Shown here: positions 12,240 through 23,641 of the stretch, one piece after another
Layout of the letters: each line of letters starts with the position of its first letter
Numbering within the stretch: the stretch's first letter is position 1
Source of the DNA: an uncultured Nitrososphaeraceae archaeon
Lineage (GTDB): Archaea; Thermoproteota; Nitrososphaeria; Nitrososphaerales; Nitrososphaeraceae
Length of the DNA stretch: 64,000 nt
Assembly: GCA_963825865.1 (NCBI GenBank)
Contig: CAWGVG010000026.1
Coordinates: 96,001-160,000, forward strand
Reading direction: 5' to 3'
Position numbers and translations under genes: made by a program
The notes under the pieces: model-generated
The model's input: only the letters and a program-made list of their open reading frames with translations
What the model was told of the DNA's origin: nothing
The model's database searches: none

Positions 12240-12611
12240 TTGTATTCATCACCGCTAATATTAACAATAATAATTATGATAATGGAAGCAAGGTGTGGTC
12301 ATGTAGAAGAAAAATTATATGCAGATGCACACCATGGGCTATGTAGAAAATGCCACTCCAATTTTGCATTTCTGTTAGAGTTAGAACAAAAGTTTGGTGA
12401 AGATGCATTAATAGAGTACTGGTATGCCAAAATACTCACTTATTCATCATCAGAAAGAAAAACAGAAGAACTAGACTGCTTTATAGATCATTTAATTGAG
12501 TTATATCAACAGAATTTAATCAAGTTTCCGTCAAAAGAGAAATATATCAGGAAAATGCTATATATGTTGCATTCACTTAAAAAACCATTTGATATAGAAA
12601 CATTAAGATGA
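12240..12611 (+). CDS. hypothetical protein with Cys/His motif
   Basis: ARCGH...HHGLCRKCH; 123 aa. Confidence 0.6.
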   Translation: MYSSPLILTIIIMIMEARCGHVEEKLYADAHHGLCRKCHSNFAFLLELEQKFGEDALIEYWYAKILTYSSSERKTEELDCFIDHLIELYQQNLIKFPSKEKYIRKMLYMLHSLKKPFDIETLR

Positions 12612-12729
12612 AGATTACATGACCATTTTTCTGCATATGATTAAGTCAACTGTCATAGTTAATGTCGTCATATCATCTTCCAAATCGTTTGTCCAAATAT
12701 TCTGATACTACAGCTTTCTGTTCTTCTAT

Positions 12730-13030
12730 ATGTTCATAGCCCTTCATCAAGCCACCCCTCCAGTTGTCGTACTTCCTCCACCTCCTCCTCCATCCCCTCA
12801 AATTCCGCCTACATGCCAACCAATTGTCGACAATATCAAACAGCTGAAGAGCGATTTGCAGGAAATGCAGAATGAACTTAATACGCCGCCATTTCCAACT
12901 GCTGGTCAAAGATTGTAAATAGTATAAAACGAATCAACAACCAGATCGCTGAGAAGCAAAAGGAACTTGACCTATGTGTCCAGCAGACGCTCTGGAAAAC
13001 CTTCTCCGAACTGAACGCTGATGCCAACTT
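12730..13030 (+). pseudogene. Pro-rich linker plus Cys-bounded coiled-coil fragment
   Basis: PPPPPPSPQIPPTCQPIVDNIKQLKSDLQEMQ..., continuing after a frameshift to INNQIAEKQKELDLC. Confidence 0.35.
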
Positions 13031-13092
13031 TTCTGCCTTGAACATACGGGCGAGCATTATTTCGTGCTAATTCATAATTTTATAATAATTTC

Positions 13093-13500
13093 TCATCTTT
13101 TTTCTGTAAATGGCATAACTTTATTTTCAATAACATCAATGACTTCAGATTTCAAATCAAATGAAAGCAAGAGATAGTAAAATTTGTTTTCTTCTTCTTC
13201 TCTTCCTTCTCCACCAAACCTCATTGGAACAGTTACACGAATAAGCCTTTCATACTTACCAATTGAATATTCTAGTCTACCTATTTTTGATTCAAAATCT
13301 TCCCGTGTAGCAGCACGAAGAACGGCCTGTATAGCATAATGTGAAGTCTCTTCCTTTGTCATTAAAGGCATTAGGTTTTGTCTATATTCTGTAGTAATTA
13401 TACTACCAAGGTTATTGACTATGGCTACAAACCTAATAGAACTATCTAACTGCAGTATTTTTTTGCAAAGAACAGTTAGATCCTCTTCAGTTAATGTCAT
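13093..13500 (-). CDS. thaumarchaeal roadblock-like protein
   Basis: LCKKILQLDSSIRFVAIVN..G...EYR pattern. Confidence 0.75.
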   Translation of the reverse strand: MTLTEEDLTVLCKKILQLDSSIRFVAIVNNLGSIITTEYRQNLMPLMTKEETSHYAIQAVLRAATREDFESKIGRLEYSIGKYERLIRVTVPMRFGGEGREEEENKFYYLLLSFDLKSEVIDVIENKVMPFTEKR

Positions 13501-13750
13501 AGCAATACTATAAGCGTTGTTTCTTATAACGTTAATATTTCTCCTTCAAACATATGATGGTGGTTTTATATGACCACATTATAATTTTAAGATACTAGTA
13601 AAATAAACTTTTTGCTATATCATATAGAACAGGAAAGATAATCTTTTGCATAAAAGATTGTATAAGCCCTTAAAATAATCCCTAGATATTAAAAATCATT
13701 GAGCACCAAACATTAATCTCAGAGGTCCGCAAAGTGACGTATGATAAAAA

Positions 13751-14896
13751 TTGTCTGGAACATATGAAGTATTAAACGGATATGCAACTGATAGTGGAAC
13801 GAAAAGATATATGGAATATGCAGTTCAAAGAGGAAAGCCTTCTATTCACTTTCGTCTTTTTGATGGACTATACTTATCAAGTATTGGCATGGGCACATAT
13901 CTGGGCGACCTCAGCACAGAAAATGATAAGGCTATGGAAAATGCAGTCTATGAGTCAATCAAATCTGGTGCTGTAAATGTCATAGATACAGCTATTAATT
14001 ATCGTGCTATGAAGTCAGAGAAAAGCATAGGTAGAGCATTGTTACGTTTGACAGAAGATGACATTATATCAAGAGACGAAGTTTTTATTTGTACGAAGAA
14101 TGGCTACATTACAAACGATGGCGACTATCCACGCATAGATGTAATGGAATACATGCAAAGAATGTTCATATCGACTGGGCTAATAAGGCCTGATGACATA
14201 AGCTCTGGCTATAATGTTCTCAGTCCTAACTATATTGAAAGATGTATGGACAAATCATTAACTAATATGCATCTGAATACTATAGACTTAGTATACATTC
14301 ACAATGCATTCGAAAGTTGGCATGAGGACATCAAGAGAGAGGAATTTATGCAAATGCTTAGCAGAGTCTTTGAAGTATATGAAAGATACAGGTCAAATAA
14401 CAAGATCCGCTATTATGGAATGGCAACATGGACCTGTTTTAGACTACCGCCAGATAATAAAGAATATCTATCTTTAGAAGAGGTTGTTGATCTAGCTGAA
14501 AAGGTGGGGGGCAAGCAACATGGATTTAGATTTATTCAACTCCCATATAACTTAGCTTATAGCGAAGCGTTATTACTCAAAGGTCAAAATGTAGGAACCG
14601 AAAAAAATTTGACAATACTGGAGGCTGCTGAGAGGTTAAAGATAAAATTGTTTACTAGCATTCCATTATTCCAGGGCAGATTGCTCAAAGCCCAAATTCC
14701 TGATTATATGGGCTTAACTGATCAGGTAGTGAAACTGATTCAGGTAATACGTTCTAGTCCTTCAGTTATCGCACCGCTTATAGGTTACAAGAAGCCACAA
14801 CATGTTGAACAAAACCTAAAGATTGCAAATATCCCGCCACTAAATGATGAAGAGTTTAAAGAAGTAATTCATTCCTTATTAAAAGGAAATTTATAG
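13751..14896 (+). CDS. aldo/keto reductase
   Basis: SSIGMGTYLG, NVIDTAINYR, IDLVYIHN, FIQLPYNL. Confidence 0.92.
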   Translation: MSGTYEVLNGYATDSGTKRYMEYAVQRGKPSIHFRLFDGLYLSSIGMGTYLGDLSTENDKAMENAVYESIKSGAVNVIDTAINYRAMKSEKSIGRALLRLTEDDIISRDEVFICTKNGYITNDGDYPRIDVMEYMQRMFISTGLIRPDDISSGYNVLSPNYIERCMDKSLTNMHLNTIDLVYIHNAFESWHEDIKREEFMQMLSRVFEVYERYRSNNKIRYYGMATWTCFRLPPDNKEYLSLEEVVDLAEKVGGKQHGFRFIQLPYNLAYSEALLLKGQNVGTEKNLTILEAAERLKIKLFTSIPLFQGRLLKAQIPDYMGLTDQVVKLIQVIRSSPSVIAPLIGYKKPQHVEQNLKIANIPPLNDEEFKEVIHSLLKGNL

Positions 14897-15306
14897 TCCA
14901 GTCTTGTCCCAATTGCCTTTTTATAGTATCCATCATTTTCTAGGCTCTCTTTCATAGCAGCTAAAGAATTTGAGAAACTGAGAAGTATGGACTTACTTTA
15001 GAAGTTTGGATCCGTTCCTTCTTGGAAGTTGGGAATTATCTTTATTGCTGCTGTAGATATACTTAATGGAGCTTGATATAGCAGGCAATATTATACTAAA
15101 ATAAAATCATTTAAATTTGTTAACGTGATTGTTTAGCTCCTTTAAGCAACCGAATTGTATAAGTCGATCTTGAGTTTAGACCTTGTTTTTCTGCATCTCT
15201 TCTTAGAGAAGATCTAATATGTCATTGAATTATAGGTTAAGTTGACATGCAAAACTACCGATAAAATGTATTATGTCCAAACGCTCCTGGAGAATATCTG
15301 TACTAA

Positions 15307-16194
15307 TTATTTTACATCTTCGTCTTCCTTTTTCTTAAATAAAAACCATTCCCTAAAATCATTGTAATCATCCTTTGCAAGACCGGCACCTAATCCAGAC
15401 AAAATGCCAGTAATGATCGGCTGTTTTTTGTACAAATTAGATAAACCAAGCAATGCACCGATTGCGCCATGATGCACCCTTCTATTAAATATGTATACTT
15501 TGGATGGATTTTCTTTTGAATTCCAAGAAGACGTTAAAATATCAGCAATTGAAGATCCTAATTGGAATGATTTGTTTTGTTGTCGATTTTGGTGGTTTTT
15601 CTTATTATTGTCTTCTATTTGATTGAGCATTTTGGATGCCGAATCTATTAATTTACTACATGTCAATACCTTTTCTTGCAAATTTTTCTTGAGTATGTTT
15701 ATTGCATCCTTTGCGTTCATTTTTTCAGCTATTTTTAATACCATTTTATATCCTAATATCTCTGCATTTTTTATCATCGCATCTTCTTTTGTTCTTAATA
15801 TCTCGCTCTCCATTACGGTAATAACATGATTGCTATTTTTATCATCATTATTATCACCTTGCAAACTTTGCAACGTAGATTTTATCTTCTTGTCATTTTC
15901 CGGGCTATTATCAGTTATATCGATTGTTTGACCAGTCGCTGAGTTTAATGAAAGTAGTTTTGCTTTTGAATCTGTTGGTTTTCCATCATATTCGGAAATT
16001 AGGTTTTTCAACTTACTTTGATGATTCTTTTCTTCCTGCAACTGCTGTTGTAATATATTCTTGGATTCAGGAAACTGAGTTTCTTGTATTCTTTTGCGTG
16101 ATCTTTCCACTATTGCATTTTCTGCTGATAGAATTTCATTTAAATATTCTATAAATTTATTTTTATCCGGTCCATCAGCCTTTGAGTTAGACAC
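15307..16194 (-). CDS. ferritin-like (DUF892-type) protein with extra C-terminal HHG segment
   Basis: YLNEILSAENA..., EEKNHQ, NAEILGYK; C-term RRVHHGAIGALLG...DDYNDFREW. Confidence 0.65.
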   Translation of the reverse strand: MSNSKADGPDKNKFIEYLNEILSAENAIVERSRKRIQETQFPESKNILQQQLQEEKNHQSKLKNLISEYDGKPTDSKAKLLSLNSATGQTIDITDNSPENDKKIKSTLQSLQGDNNDDKNSNHVITVMESEILRTKEDAMIKNAEILGYKMVLKIAEKMNAKDAINILKKNLQEKVLTCSKLIDSASKMLNQIEDNNKKNHQNRQQNKSFQLGSSIADILTSSWNSKENPSKVYIFNRRVHHGAIGALLGLSNLYKKQPIITGILSGLGAGLAKDDYNDFREWFLFKKKEDEDVK

Positions 16195-16533
16195 TGGTTT
16201 AGAATAGAAAATATTTTATTTAATGATTGTATTAGGCGGTTGGCTTGCAACTGGAGTTCAGCTCATATCAGCCATTTTGCTTGAGTCTGTGCTTTATCTA
16301 ATATGGATACATCAATACGTATTCTGACTTTATACTTGAATATTATTAATAGTGATGAGGCAGGTGTATCGCTACCTTTGTCAAAATCATTGACTTTATT
16401 TTTGTATTATGATATCAATCAAATATAGCACCACTCCTATAGCAACATTGTTCAGAAACATTCATTGATGATCGACAATTTTTAGAAGTGATCATTCATC
16501 CTTGACATTCAGCTGCTTCTTTCGCTACTCATT

Positions 16534-17115
16534 TTATGTTAGAATGATTTTGTTATTATGAAGATTGAGTAAATGTTGTCTTTGGTGTTCCCTAAGTCGT
16601 ACAAAATCAGTTTTATTATAGCCACATAGTACTTTCACTTTCATGTCATATATTGACGAGGATAGTTCTGTTTCATATTTGATTAAATCGTTTATTCTAT
16701 CTAGATCAAAGAACAAACCCATATCCGAAATTACAGTTACACCAGCCTTCCCTAGCTTGTTTGCACGCCGAAGTAACATTTTCGTCATAATCATTACTCC
16801 AACAAACTTATCTGTCAAACTATAGTATCCTTTTTTTGATTCTACAACTAGAATTGAGCCTTCTTTTTTGCATTTGTCTATATTAATACCGTTATTTGTT
16901 AAGTCGTTAAGAAGATCTGCTATTGAGTGGTAATGTGGTAAAATAAGAACTATTTCATCTAATGATTCTAATGAGCTTTTGCTATAATTTGAATAAATTT
17001 GTGCCAGAGTAGTAATATCTGAGTATAAAATTAAATTGTGAGATCCAAATTTACACTGCATAATCCTTTCCAATATATGACTTTTACCTACATTTTTGAG
17101 GCTATCATTTTCCAT
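16534..17115 (-). CDS. MEDS-domain sensory protein
   Basis: GSHNLILY..., VISDMGLFF, YETEL, VLCGYN. Confidence 0.75.
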   Translation of the reverse strand: MENDSLKNVGKSHILERIMQCKFGSHNLILYSDITTLAQIYSNYSKSSLESLDEIVLILPHYHSIADLLNDLTNNGINIDKCKKEGSILVVESKKGYYSLTDKFVGVMIMTKMLLRRANKLGKAGVTVISDMGLFFDLDRINDLIKYETELSSSIYDMKVKVLCGYNKTDFVRLREHQRQHLLNLHNNKIILT

Positions 17116-17432
17116 TTTTTTACTATTATATTGTTAATTGTCAGAACAATTTAAATTTCATTAAAATTGTTGCTACTTTTCTAAAGCCATTTTATTTATC
17201 TATCTCGAACATGAGCATTACTCCACCTTCCCACTAGATTCTATTTGGTAGATGGGTGAGTTATACTCCATAGTTCGATCACTCAATTTATCAAAAAGTC
17301 TAATCCAAATGTTTTTTGGCTTGAGGAGGATGTAACATTGCTGCCAGGGCTTTGTTCTTAAGCTTCTTTCTTTATTCCCATGACAAAAAAATCAAGCAGT
17401 CTACTGAGATCATTCAGAAATATCATAACATA

Positions 17433-17552
17433 TCATTTTTTATCATGTTCCAATTGATATTCCACTCCACATTGCTCTGAACAAAATTCATTGGAATTGC
17501 TATCATCGCCAATTTGGTCAGCACAGTTTTTACAAATCCCTTTTTTATTCAT
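17433..17552 (-). CDS. 39-aa zinc-finger micro-protein (CxxC...FCSxxC)
   Basis: Manual translation MNKKGICKNCADQIGDDSNSNEFCSEQCGVEYQLEHDKK*. Confidence 0.6.
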   Translation of the reverse strand: MNKKGICKNCADQIGDDSNSNEFCSEQCGVEYQLEHDKK

Positions 17553-17850
17553 ATAGTTAAGACACTAGATTTTATTATTACACCTTTCTGTTGTGACATA
17601 AAAGGCAACTATTGAAGTGTTAACTCGATGCTGACTCATTATATCTTCAGCCTTGAATCAAGTATACTGTATGTTTTAGATATATTTATCAATATTTTGT
17701 TGTATATGTAATAGTTTCTGGAATCCATAACCTTAAAAGCCAAGACCAACTAGTGTCATATCATCGCTGGACAAGACTTTAATCTTTATGTAATAAATAA
17801 TAACCAGCTTTAGTTTATAAATTATCAAAGCTAAAAGCCATTTAATCGTA

Positions 17851-18832
17851 TTGCTAATTCAACATAACATAACAAAGTCAATGGCCATAGGCTTTACAGT
17901 CGCAATCATAGCCGCTGCTCTTTTTGGTTCGGTGTCTACAATTGCTAAACCGGTATTAGCTACGGTAGATTCATTCTTACTTTCATCTTTAGTCTATCTA
18001 ATATCTGCAATGTTCTTCAGTGCAATAATAGTACTAACAAACAATACAGCATCAGCAGCAGCAGCATCATTGCAAAATTATGCCTCATTTTCTAAAAGAA
18101 GACACTACGTCTTGGTAGTAACAACTTCAATTATTGGTGGAGCGATAGCGCCAGCCATGTTCTTCTTTGGTCTCAGACAAACAACAGCATCAGATACTTC
18201 ACTTTTGGCAAATGGGGAAACTATTTTTTCTATCATAATGGCAATTCTATTTTTCAAAGAAAAGCTAAAGCCATTGGGGTATATGGCAGTACCTGATGGT
18301 CTTAGCAGGACTTGTCGTTGTCACAACAAACCTCCAAATCCATAGTTCATTATTTGGAATAAATTCTGGCAATATGCTTGTTCTTGGAGCTACCGCACTC
18401 TGGGGACTAGATAATAATATATGCAGATTTATCATTTATCGCATGGGCATTGCAAGACTTGTACAGGTAAAATCAGTTATTGGAGGTGGTACTCTCCTTA
18501 TTTTCTGGAGCATTTGTATTACACGTTCCATTAAACATTAGTGTAGCATCGATACCACAGATAGTTGTGCTTGGTGCTGTTGGCTTTGGTACGTCATTTA
18601 CTTTTTTCTAATTAGTATGAACAGAATAGGAATTGTCAGGTCGGTATTGGTATTATCATTATCTTCTGTCTTTGGGCTTGTTTTTGCGTCATCGTTGTTA
18701 GCTGAACTAATAAGTGTACACCAAATAATTGCTATTGTAGTTATGATAGCAGGAATATATTTGATTAACATAGAAAAAGGAAATGGCAAAACAAATAACA
18801 CTATTGCTTCTGTAGAAGAGAGAAATGATTAA
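17851..18832 (+). CDS. DMT/EamA family transporter (frameshifted)
   Basis: AAALFGSVSTIAK, GLRQTTASDTSLL, LWGLDNN over three ORFs. Confidence 0.85.
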
Positions 18833-19163
18833 TAAGAAAAAAAAGTTGCCAACAACAAGGCATTGGGCTTCGGCGGTGGTTTTATATTACTCAAATTAGA
18901 AAAAACAGGCAAAATATAGCGATTGGGGGTGTGGAGATATTGGACCATGTTATTCTGTGCATTCGAGCACCTCATGTAAGTTGTTTTGCTTATTTAGCCT
19001 TTCCCTCTTCTAATATTGAAGGTATCACATCTAAACCTTGATCTATTGCAACTATTCTATGGGACAGATTTGACCAGATTCGCAACCCATTTTTCAGGAA
19101 ACGTATAATCTTACATCAGGATGACACGGCTTAAGAGATACTATTGATAACATCTCTATAAGT

Positions 19164-19382
19164 ATGAGAAAGCCAATATTAGTTAGGATATTAACTGTTG
19201 TTGGATGTATGCTTATAATAGCAGGAATAGTATTTGTAGCACAAAGTAATTCGGTGGTAGGTCCACAATCTTCGTTTATGTACAGCAATCCTCAGTGGAC
19301 AGTAAACGGATTTGCGATTTCTATAATAGGATTAGTTGTCTTGAATTTTGGTGTACTAATTCGTTTTATCAAAAATATATAA
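19164..19382 (+). CDS. small membrane protein
   Basis: Two TM helices around GPQSSFMYSNPQW. Confidence 0.7.
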   Translation: MRKPILVRILTVVGCMLIIAGIVFVAQSNSVVGPQSSFMYSNPQWTVNGFAISIIGLVVLNFGVLIRFIKNI

Positions 19383-19579
19383 CATATCTATATTGTATCT
19401 GTATAGACTGTATCCAAGGCTTTTATATGCCTAAAATCCCTACATATAACTCAGAGGTTACAGACAGCTATAGCCATAGTATACCAATTCCGATCCTTGA
19501 GGTGAAATACAGAAGAAGTAGAGATTACAAAGAAAGGTCGGACCGGAATCAGTATATATGGGTTTCTTCTCGTTAATCT

Positions 19580-20089
19580 CTAAATCTCTCTCGGATAGAT
19601 ATGGACACACAAAATAATAAACTTTTCAGATGATAGTTTGTTTGCATCCTTCGAAAAGTCATTTCTAAATAATGTTGCATTCGAATCTCTTACTATTTCT
19701 ATAATTAAAATTATTATTACTATCAGATGTTCTTCCTCCGGCTCCATTGTTTGATTTGTCAGTATTATCAGATTCAAAATGTATTTGTAATGCTATTGGG
19801 TGGCCATTATCAGTTACTTGTATTGTTGTGTTTGCTGATTGTGAAGAGGTAATAGAAACATTCATTAAATACTAACACCTCGGTATAAAAATGAATTAGC
19901 AGAAGAATTAGCCCATGATGCAGAAACAACTATTCCTATAATCAATAAAACTGTTCCTACGATTAAAACGTTGTAACATAACCTAATGCTACCAGATAGG
20001 TGTTGTTGTTGTTGATTGATGATTGTAAATGCTGCCTCTATATTAAGGCCATTCCTTAACAGCCAGCCAGTAAATCGCTTTTTATGCAA
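19580..20089 (-). CDS. putative membrane-anchored protein (frameshifted)
   Basis: Consecutive minus-strand ORFs with TM segment. Confidence 0.35.
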
Positions 20090-20128
20090 TGTCCCGGCTG
20101 CTATCTTCCTCTTTCTAAATTACTATCG

Positions 20129-20572
20129 TCAACCGTCAATATGCGATAAGATTTTTGTCTGCATCTGAGACTTAGAAGTAGCTCCAACAAAGCCGTCCAC
20201 ATTATTGCCATTCTTGAAAATAGCTATGGTGGGTATGCTCCGTATTCCAAAAGTATTTGCAATTCTAGGATTTTCATCCACATTCACCTTTCCAAACACA
20301 ACCTTTCCGGAAAGTTCGCGTGCAAGTTGTTCTAATATCGGAGATACCATTCTGCAAGGACCACACCAAGGCGCCCAGAAATCAACTACCAATAGAGGAT
20401 ATTTATTTACAGATTCAGCAAAGTTAGCGTCTGTTACTATAATAGGAGTATCAATTACCACTACCTTAGCATTACTACTATTATTATTCCTAGCTAAATC
20501 GTTCATCTTTTTTGCCATAATATTACTTAGTTCATCATCCCAATTTTGCATGGTTTTGTTATCTCCGTACAA
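20129..20572 (-). CDS. trxA: thioredoxin
   Basis: VVDFWAPWCGPC, IRSIPT. Confidence 0.93.
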   Translation of the reverse strand: MYGDNKTMQNWDDELSNIMAKKMNDLARNNNSSNAKVVVIDTPIIVTDANFAESVNKYPLLVVDFWAPWCGPCRMVSPILEQLARELSGKVVFGKVNVDENPRIANTFGIRSIPTIAIFKNGNNVDGFVGATSKSQMQTKILSHIDG

Positions 20573-20601
20573 TACTATTTAGTTAGAAGGTTATAAACCT
20601 T

Positions 20602-21075
20602 ATGGCTTTGTCAAAGATGTACAAAACCTATTTAAGTTGCGTTAGATCTAACATATATGTAAAGAGTCGAAATAAAAAAATGTCACGGCCATCAAATTCG
20701 ATTAATATGCTGACGCAAATTGATTCTTCATGTGAAGATGTCTTTGCCTGTCTCTATAATCTATCAACATCTGAGATTAACTTACTGACTATTTTACTAA
20801 AATCTAAAGGGCCACTTACCTTAGAAGCTCTTTCAAATAAAAGTAGCAGAGACAAGGGTACCGTGTTTAGATCATTGCAAAAGCTGGTGAGCTTGGATCT
20901 TTGCACCAAAGAATCTAAAACACTGAAAGGCGGCGGATATTATCATCTTTATAACGCTGTTGACATTGATACAATTGAAAAAAATATTGAAAAGAGGATA
21001 AGAGAAATTCAAAGATCTCTAAATAGAATCATCAAAAGATTCAGAAATGATATTGAAAAAAAGATCGAAAATTGA
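20602..21075 (+). CDS. TrmB-like HTH transcriptional regulator
   Basis: CEDVFACLYNL, RDKGTVFRSLQKL, GGYYHLY. Confidence 0.85.
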   Translation: MALSKMYKTYLSCVRSNIYVKSRNKKMSRPSNSINMLTQIDSSCEDVFACLYNLSTSEINLLTILLKSKGPLTLEALSNKSSRDKGTVFRSLQKLVSLDLCTKESKTLKGGGYYHLYNAVDIDTIEKNIEKRIREIQRSLNRIIKRFRNDIEKKIEN

Positions 21076-21481
21076 TAACTTTGGACAATTATAAAGACTA
21101 TAATTTTTTAATAAATATCTAAAACTACAATTCAAATAACAACAATAACATAACAACGATAATCATTCCACCACACTATAAAACTTTTTTTGCTATGGTA
21201 GCCATCGTAAGCTAGATAAACAAGAATATTCTAAGCCTCATTATATCTGTTTATAACGTGGTGAATCCTTTTCAAATGAACAAATGATATCTTTTTAGAA
21301 TAATCAATAGCTCTTTGGCTGATACATTTGCATTACTATAACATTTAGCTTGTTGTAGCTACTATCTATTATATTATTATATTAATTTTCTAAATAGCAA
21401 TTGCTGTTGCTGCGAATGTTACTCCTACTACTAATGTTGATTTGATTTCGGATCACAATTTCATGATGTTGATCAGTGAAT

Positions 21482-21904
21482 TTACAGCAAGGTTGTAGAA
21501 TTTGTTTCAGACTTCAATTTATTATTATGTACTGAATTAACATACAAGAGTTGTGGATTTTCAATTATATCTTTTACAATATATCTATGGCAATTTTCAC
21601 CCTCTATTTCATAGCATAGTAACGTAATGACGAGAAATTCATTTTGTACATTTAAGTCCTCTATCCTTTCCAAACTATCTTTGTTATCTCTAATCTCTGA
21701 CATAAAGACAGTTTTAAATTCTTCCCAATTATACTTACCTTGCCGATAATTTTTAAGTAGATTACGACTTGGTGAGAGTTCCCTAATCCAACAATCAAAT
21801 TTGTCTTTCTTAACTCCCCTTGGATAATATCTTGTAACTAAAACTCTAATACCATCGTCATTCTCTTCAGCAGGTTCATATATTGACTTTGTTTTAATGA
21901 CCAA
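21482..21904 (-). CDS. DUF488 family protein
   Basis: DGIRVLVTRYYPRGVKK, ELSPSRNL, TLLCYE...CHR. Confidence 0.9.
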   Translation of the reverse strand: MVIKTKSIYEPAEENDDGIRVLVTRYYPRGVKKDKFDCWIRELSPSRNLLKNYRQGKYNWEEFKTVFMSEIRDNKDSLERIEDLNVQNEFLVITLLCYEIEGENCHRYIVKDIIENPQLLYVNSVHNNKLKSETNSTTLL

Positions 21905-21975
21905 ATTACTATTAATTGCTGGGATTCATTATCATTAAATGATAAATAAACTTATAATGTATACTTATTCATGTA

Positions 21976-22521
21976 TCACAAGTACTGGTTTTTTACATTA
22001 TCTATTATCTTCTTAGTTGTACTTCCTAGCAGTCTTCTTACTAATGAAGTTCTACTACCTGCCATTACTATCAAATCGACATTCATATCATCAGATAGCT
22101 TAACTATTTCATCAACTGGCTTACCTGTCTGTATTTTATAGGATACTTTGCTTTTTACTCCTGCTTCTTTACATAATTTCATTTTGTCTTCTATCATACT
22201 TTTTACCTCTCCTTCTACTGTAATTTCAAAGCCTTCTTTCCTTTCTTTCTCATTATCTTTACCTTCTTTTTTAGAAGTTGCCAAAAGTGCACTAGAATCC
22301 ACATTATCAATATGCTCAACTATATGTAGGATAACAATTTCAGCACCTGATATCTTTGATAAGTAGATAGCATGGTTCAAGGCTTTATCTGCCGTTTCCG
22401 AGCCATCATGCGGCACCAATATTGTGTTATATTGGGGATTAGTATCAGAAGAAGCCTGAGGAGGAGAAGGCATACTTGAAGTTGTTATTGGATGTTCTGA
22501 TTCTGTTTTTCCTATATGCAT
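21976..22521 (-). CDS. universal stress protein
   Basis: ILVPHDGS, GKPVDEI, DLIVMAG...LLGST. Confidence 0.92.
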   Translation of the reverse strand: MHIGKTESEHPITTSSMPSPPQASSDTNPQYNTILVPHDGSETADKALNHAIYLSKISGAEIVILHIVEHIDNVDSSALLATSKKEGKDNEKERKEGFEITVEGEVKSMIEDKMKLCKEAGVKSKVSYKIQTGKPVDEIVKLSDDMNVDLIVMAGSRTSLVRRLLGSTTKKIIDNVKNQYL

Positions 22522-22701
22522 GCATAAATTAATGAGAATCTAAGTATTAATAAACCATTAAACTATAATAATACCCCTTCTTTCACTTAACGTATAAAAA
22601 TATTCTATTTGTCAATATTCCGTAAGTAAGTAAGCCTTTTTTTATTCACTCATATGGGCCTTTCTATTTAACTATCTTTTCGAAAGCTTGTCTAAATTGT
22701 T

Positions 22702-22995
22702 CTAATTTTTCCTTTGAATATTTTTACAGTCGTCAGTGTCTTGTTTCAGAGGCATTTTATCCTGTTCTTGGTTATAATCTAAGTATTTTATATCTGGAAT
22801 GCCTTCTGACTCTATACCTACTTTTATCTCTGGATGATGTTGATTCATAAATTCAATGGCAAAATAAGCATTTTTTAGGAAATCCTTCATTGTAATTTCT
22901 TTATGTGGTGAGGCTGCACAAGAATCAGGTGAACCTATCCATGGTCCCGCTCCTGGAACCGCCTCCCTGTAACAGAATGAATCTATATTATTCAA
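22702..22995 (-). CDS. hypothetical protein
   Basis: 97-aa ORF. Confidence 0.4.
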   Translation of the reverse strand: MNNIDSFCYREAVPGAGPWIGSPDSCAASPHKEITMKDFLKNAYFAIEFMNQHHPEIKVGIESEGIPDIKYLDYNQEQDKMPLKQDTDDCKNIQRKN

Positions 22996-23319
22996 ATGAC
23001 TTTGATATTTAGTCTTTTAGAAATTGTCTAAGCTAATGATTATTATTTAGCATAAGCAAAATTACTATACTAGATTTTGATTCGGCCCTCGTAGTTCTGA
23101 CTTTAACTTTATACAGACATCAGTGGCCTGGGTGGCTATAGCATCTATTATTATTATCAAAATTCTCAATATAAAATCTAAAATCTAAATTACTGATATA
23201 CTCAATCTTTCAAACTGCTCTTAAAATGTAAAATGCCCCGTCCACCCCGCGAGAGCACTCATCCAGCAATTGCTATTATTATAATTGAAAAAACATTTGG
23301 ATTTCAGATCAAGTAATTA

Positions 23320-23436
23320 TCAGTCGATATCCTTCAGTTTAGAATCGCTTAAACCACATTCTTTGCATTTGTAAATTACTGTCTTTTCCAATTCTTTGTC
23401 TGGTAACATTTCTGATCCACAACAGGCACATTTCAT
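23320..23436 (-). CDS. 38-aa zinc-ribbon micro-protein
   Basis: Manual translation MKCACCGSEMLPDKELEKTVIYKCKECGLSDSKLKDID*. Confidence 0.65.
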   Translation of the reverse strand: MKCACCGSEMLPDKELEKTVIYKCKECGLSDSKLKDID

Positions 23437-23641
23437 TTTATACGCAAATGAATGTGGAGTTTTTAAACATAAAAACTGGATGATCATGCTCTGATATATG
23501 GTTTCTGCTACAGTATGGGCACAGTAAAATAACTCATTGAGCTCACAAGCTTAAGACCACTTGATAAGAATATATATAGACAATAAATGCGTGCCATTTG
23601 TTGAGGTTCGACTAAAATAAAACAAAAGGACCGTCGAAATC

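Noticed and set aside
23080-23270. GC-rich patches with possible C/D-box-like motifs
   Set aside because: Boxes incomplete and no rRNA or tRNA target could be verified by eye
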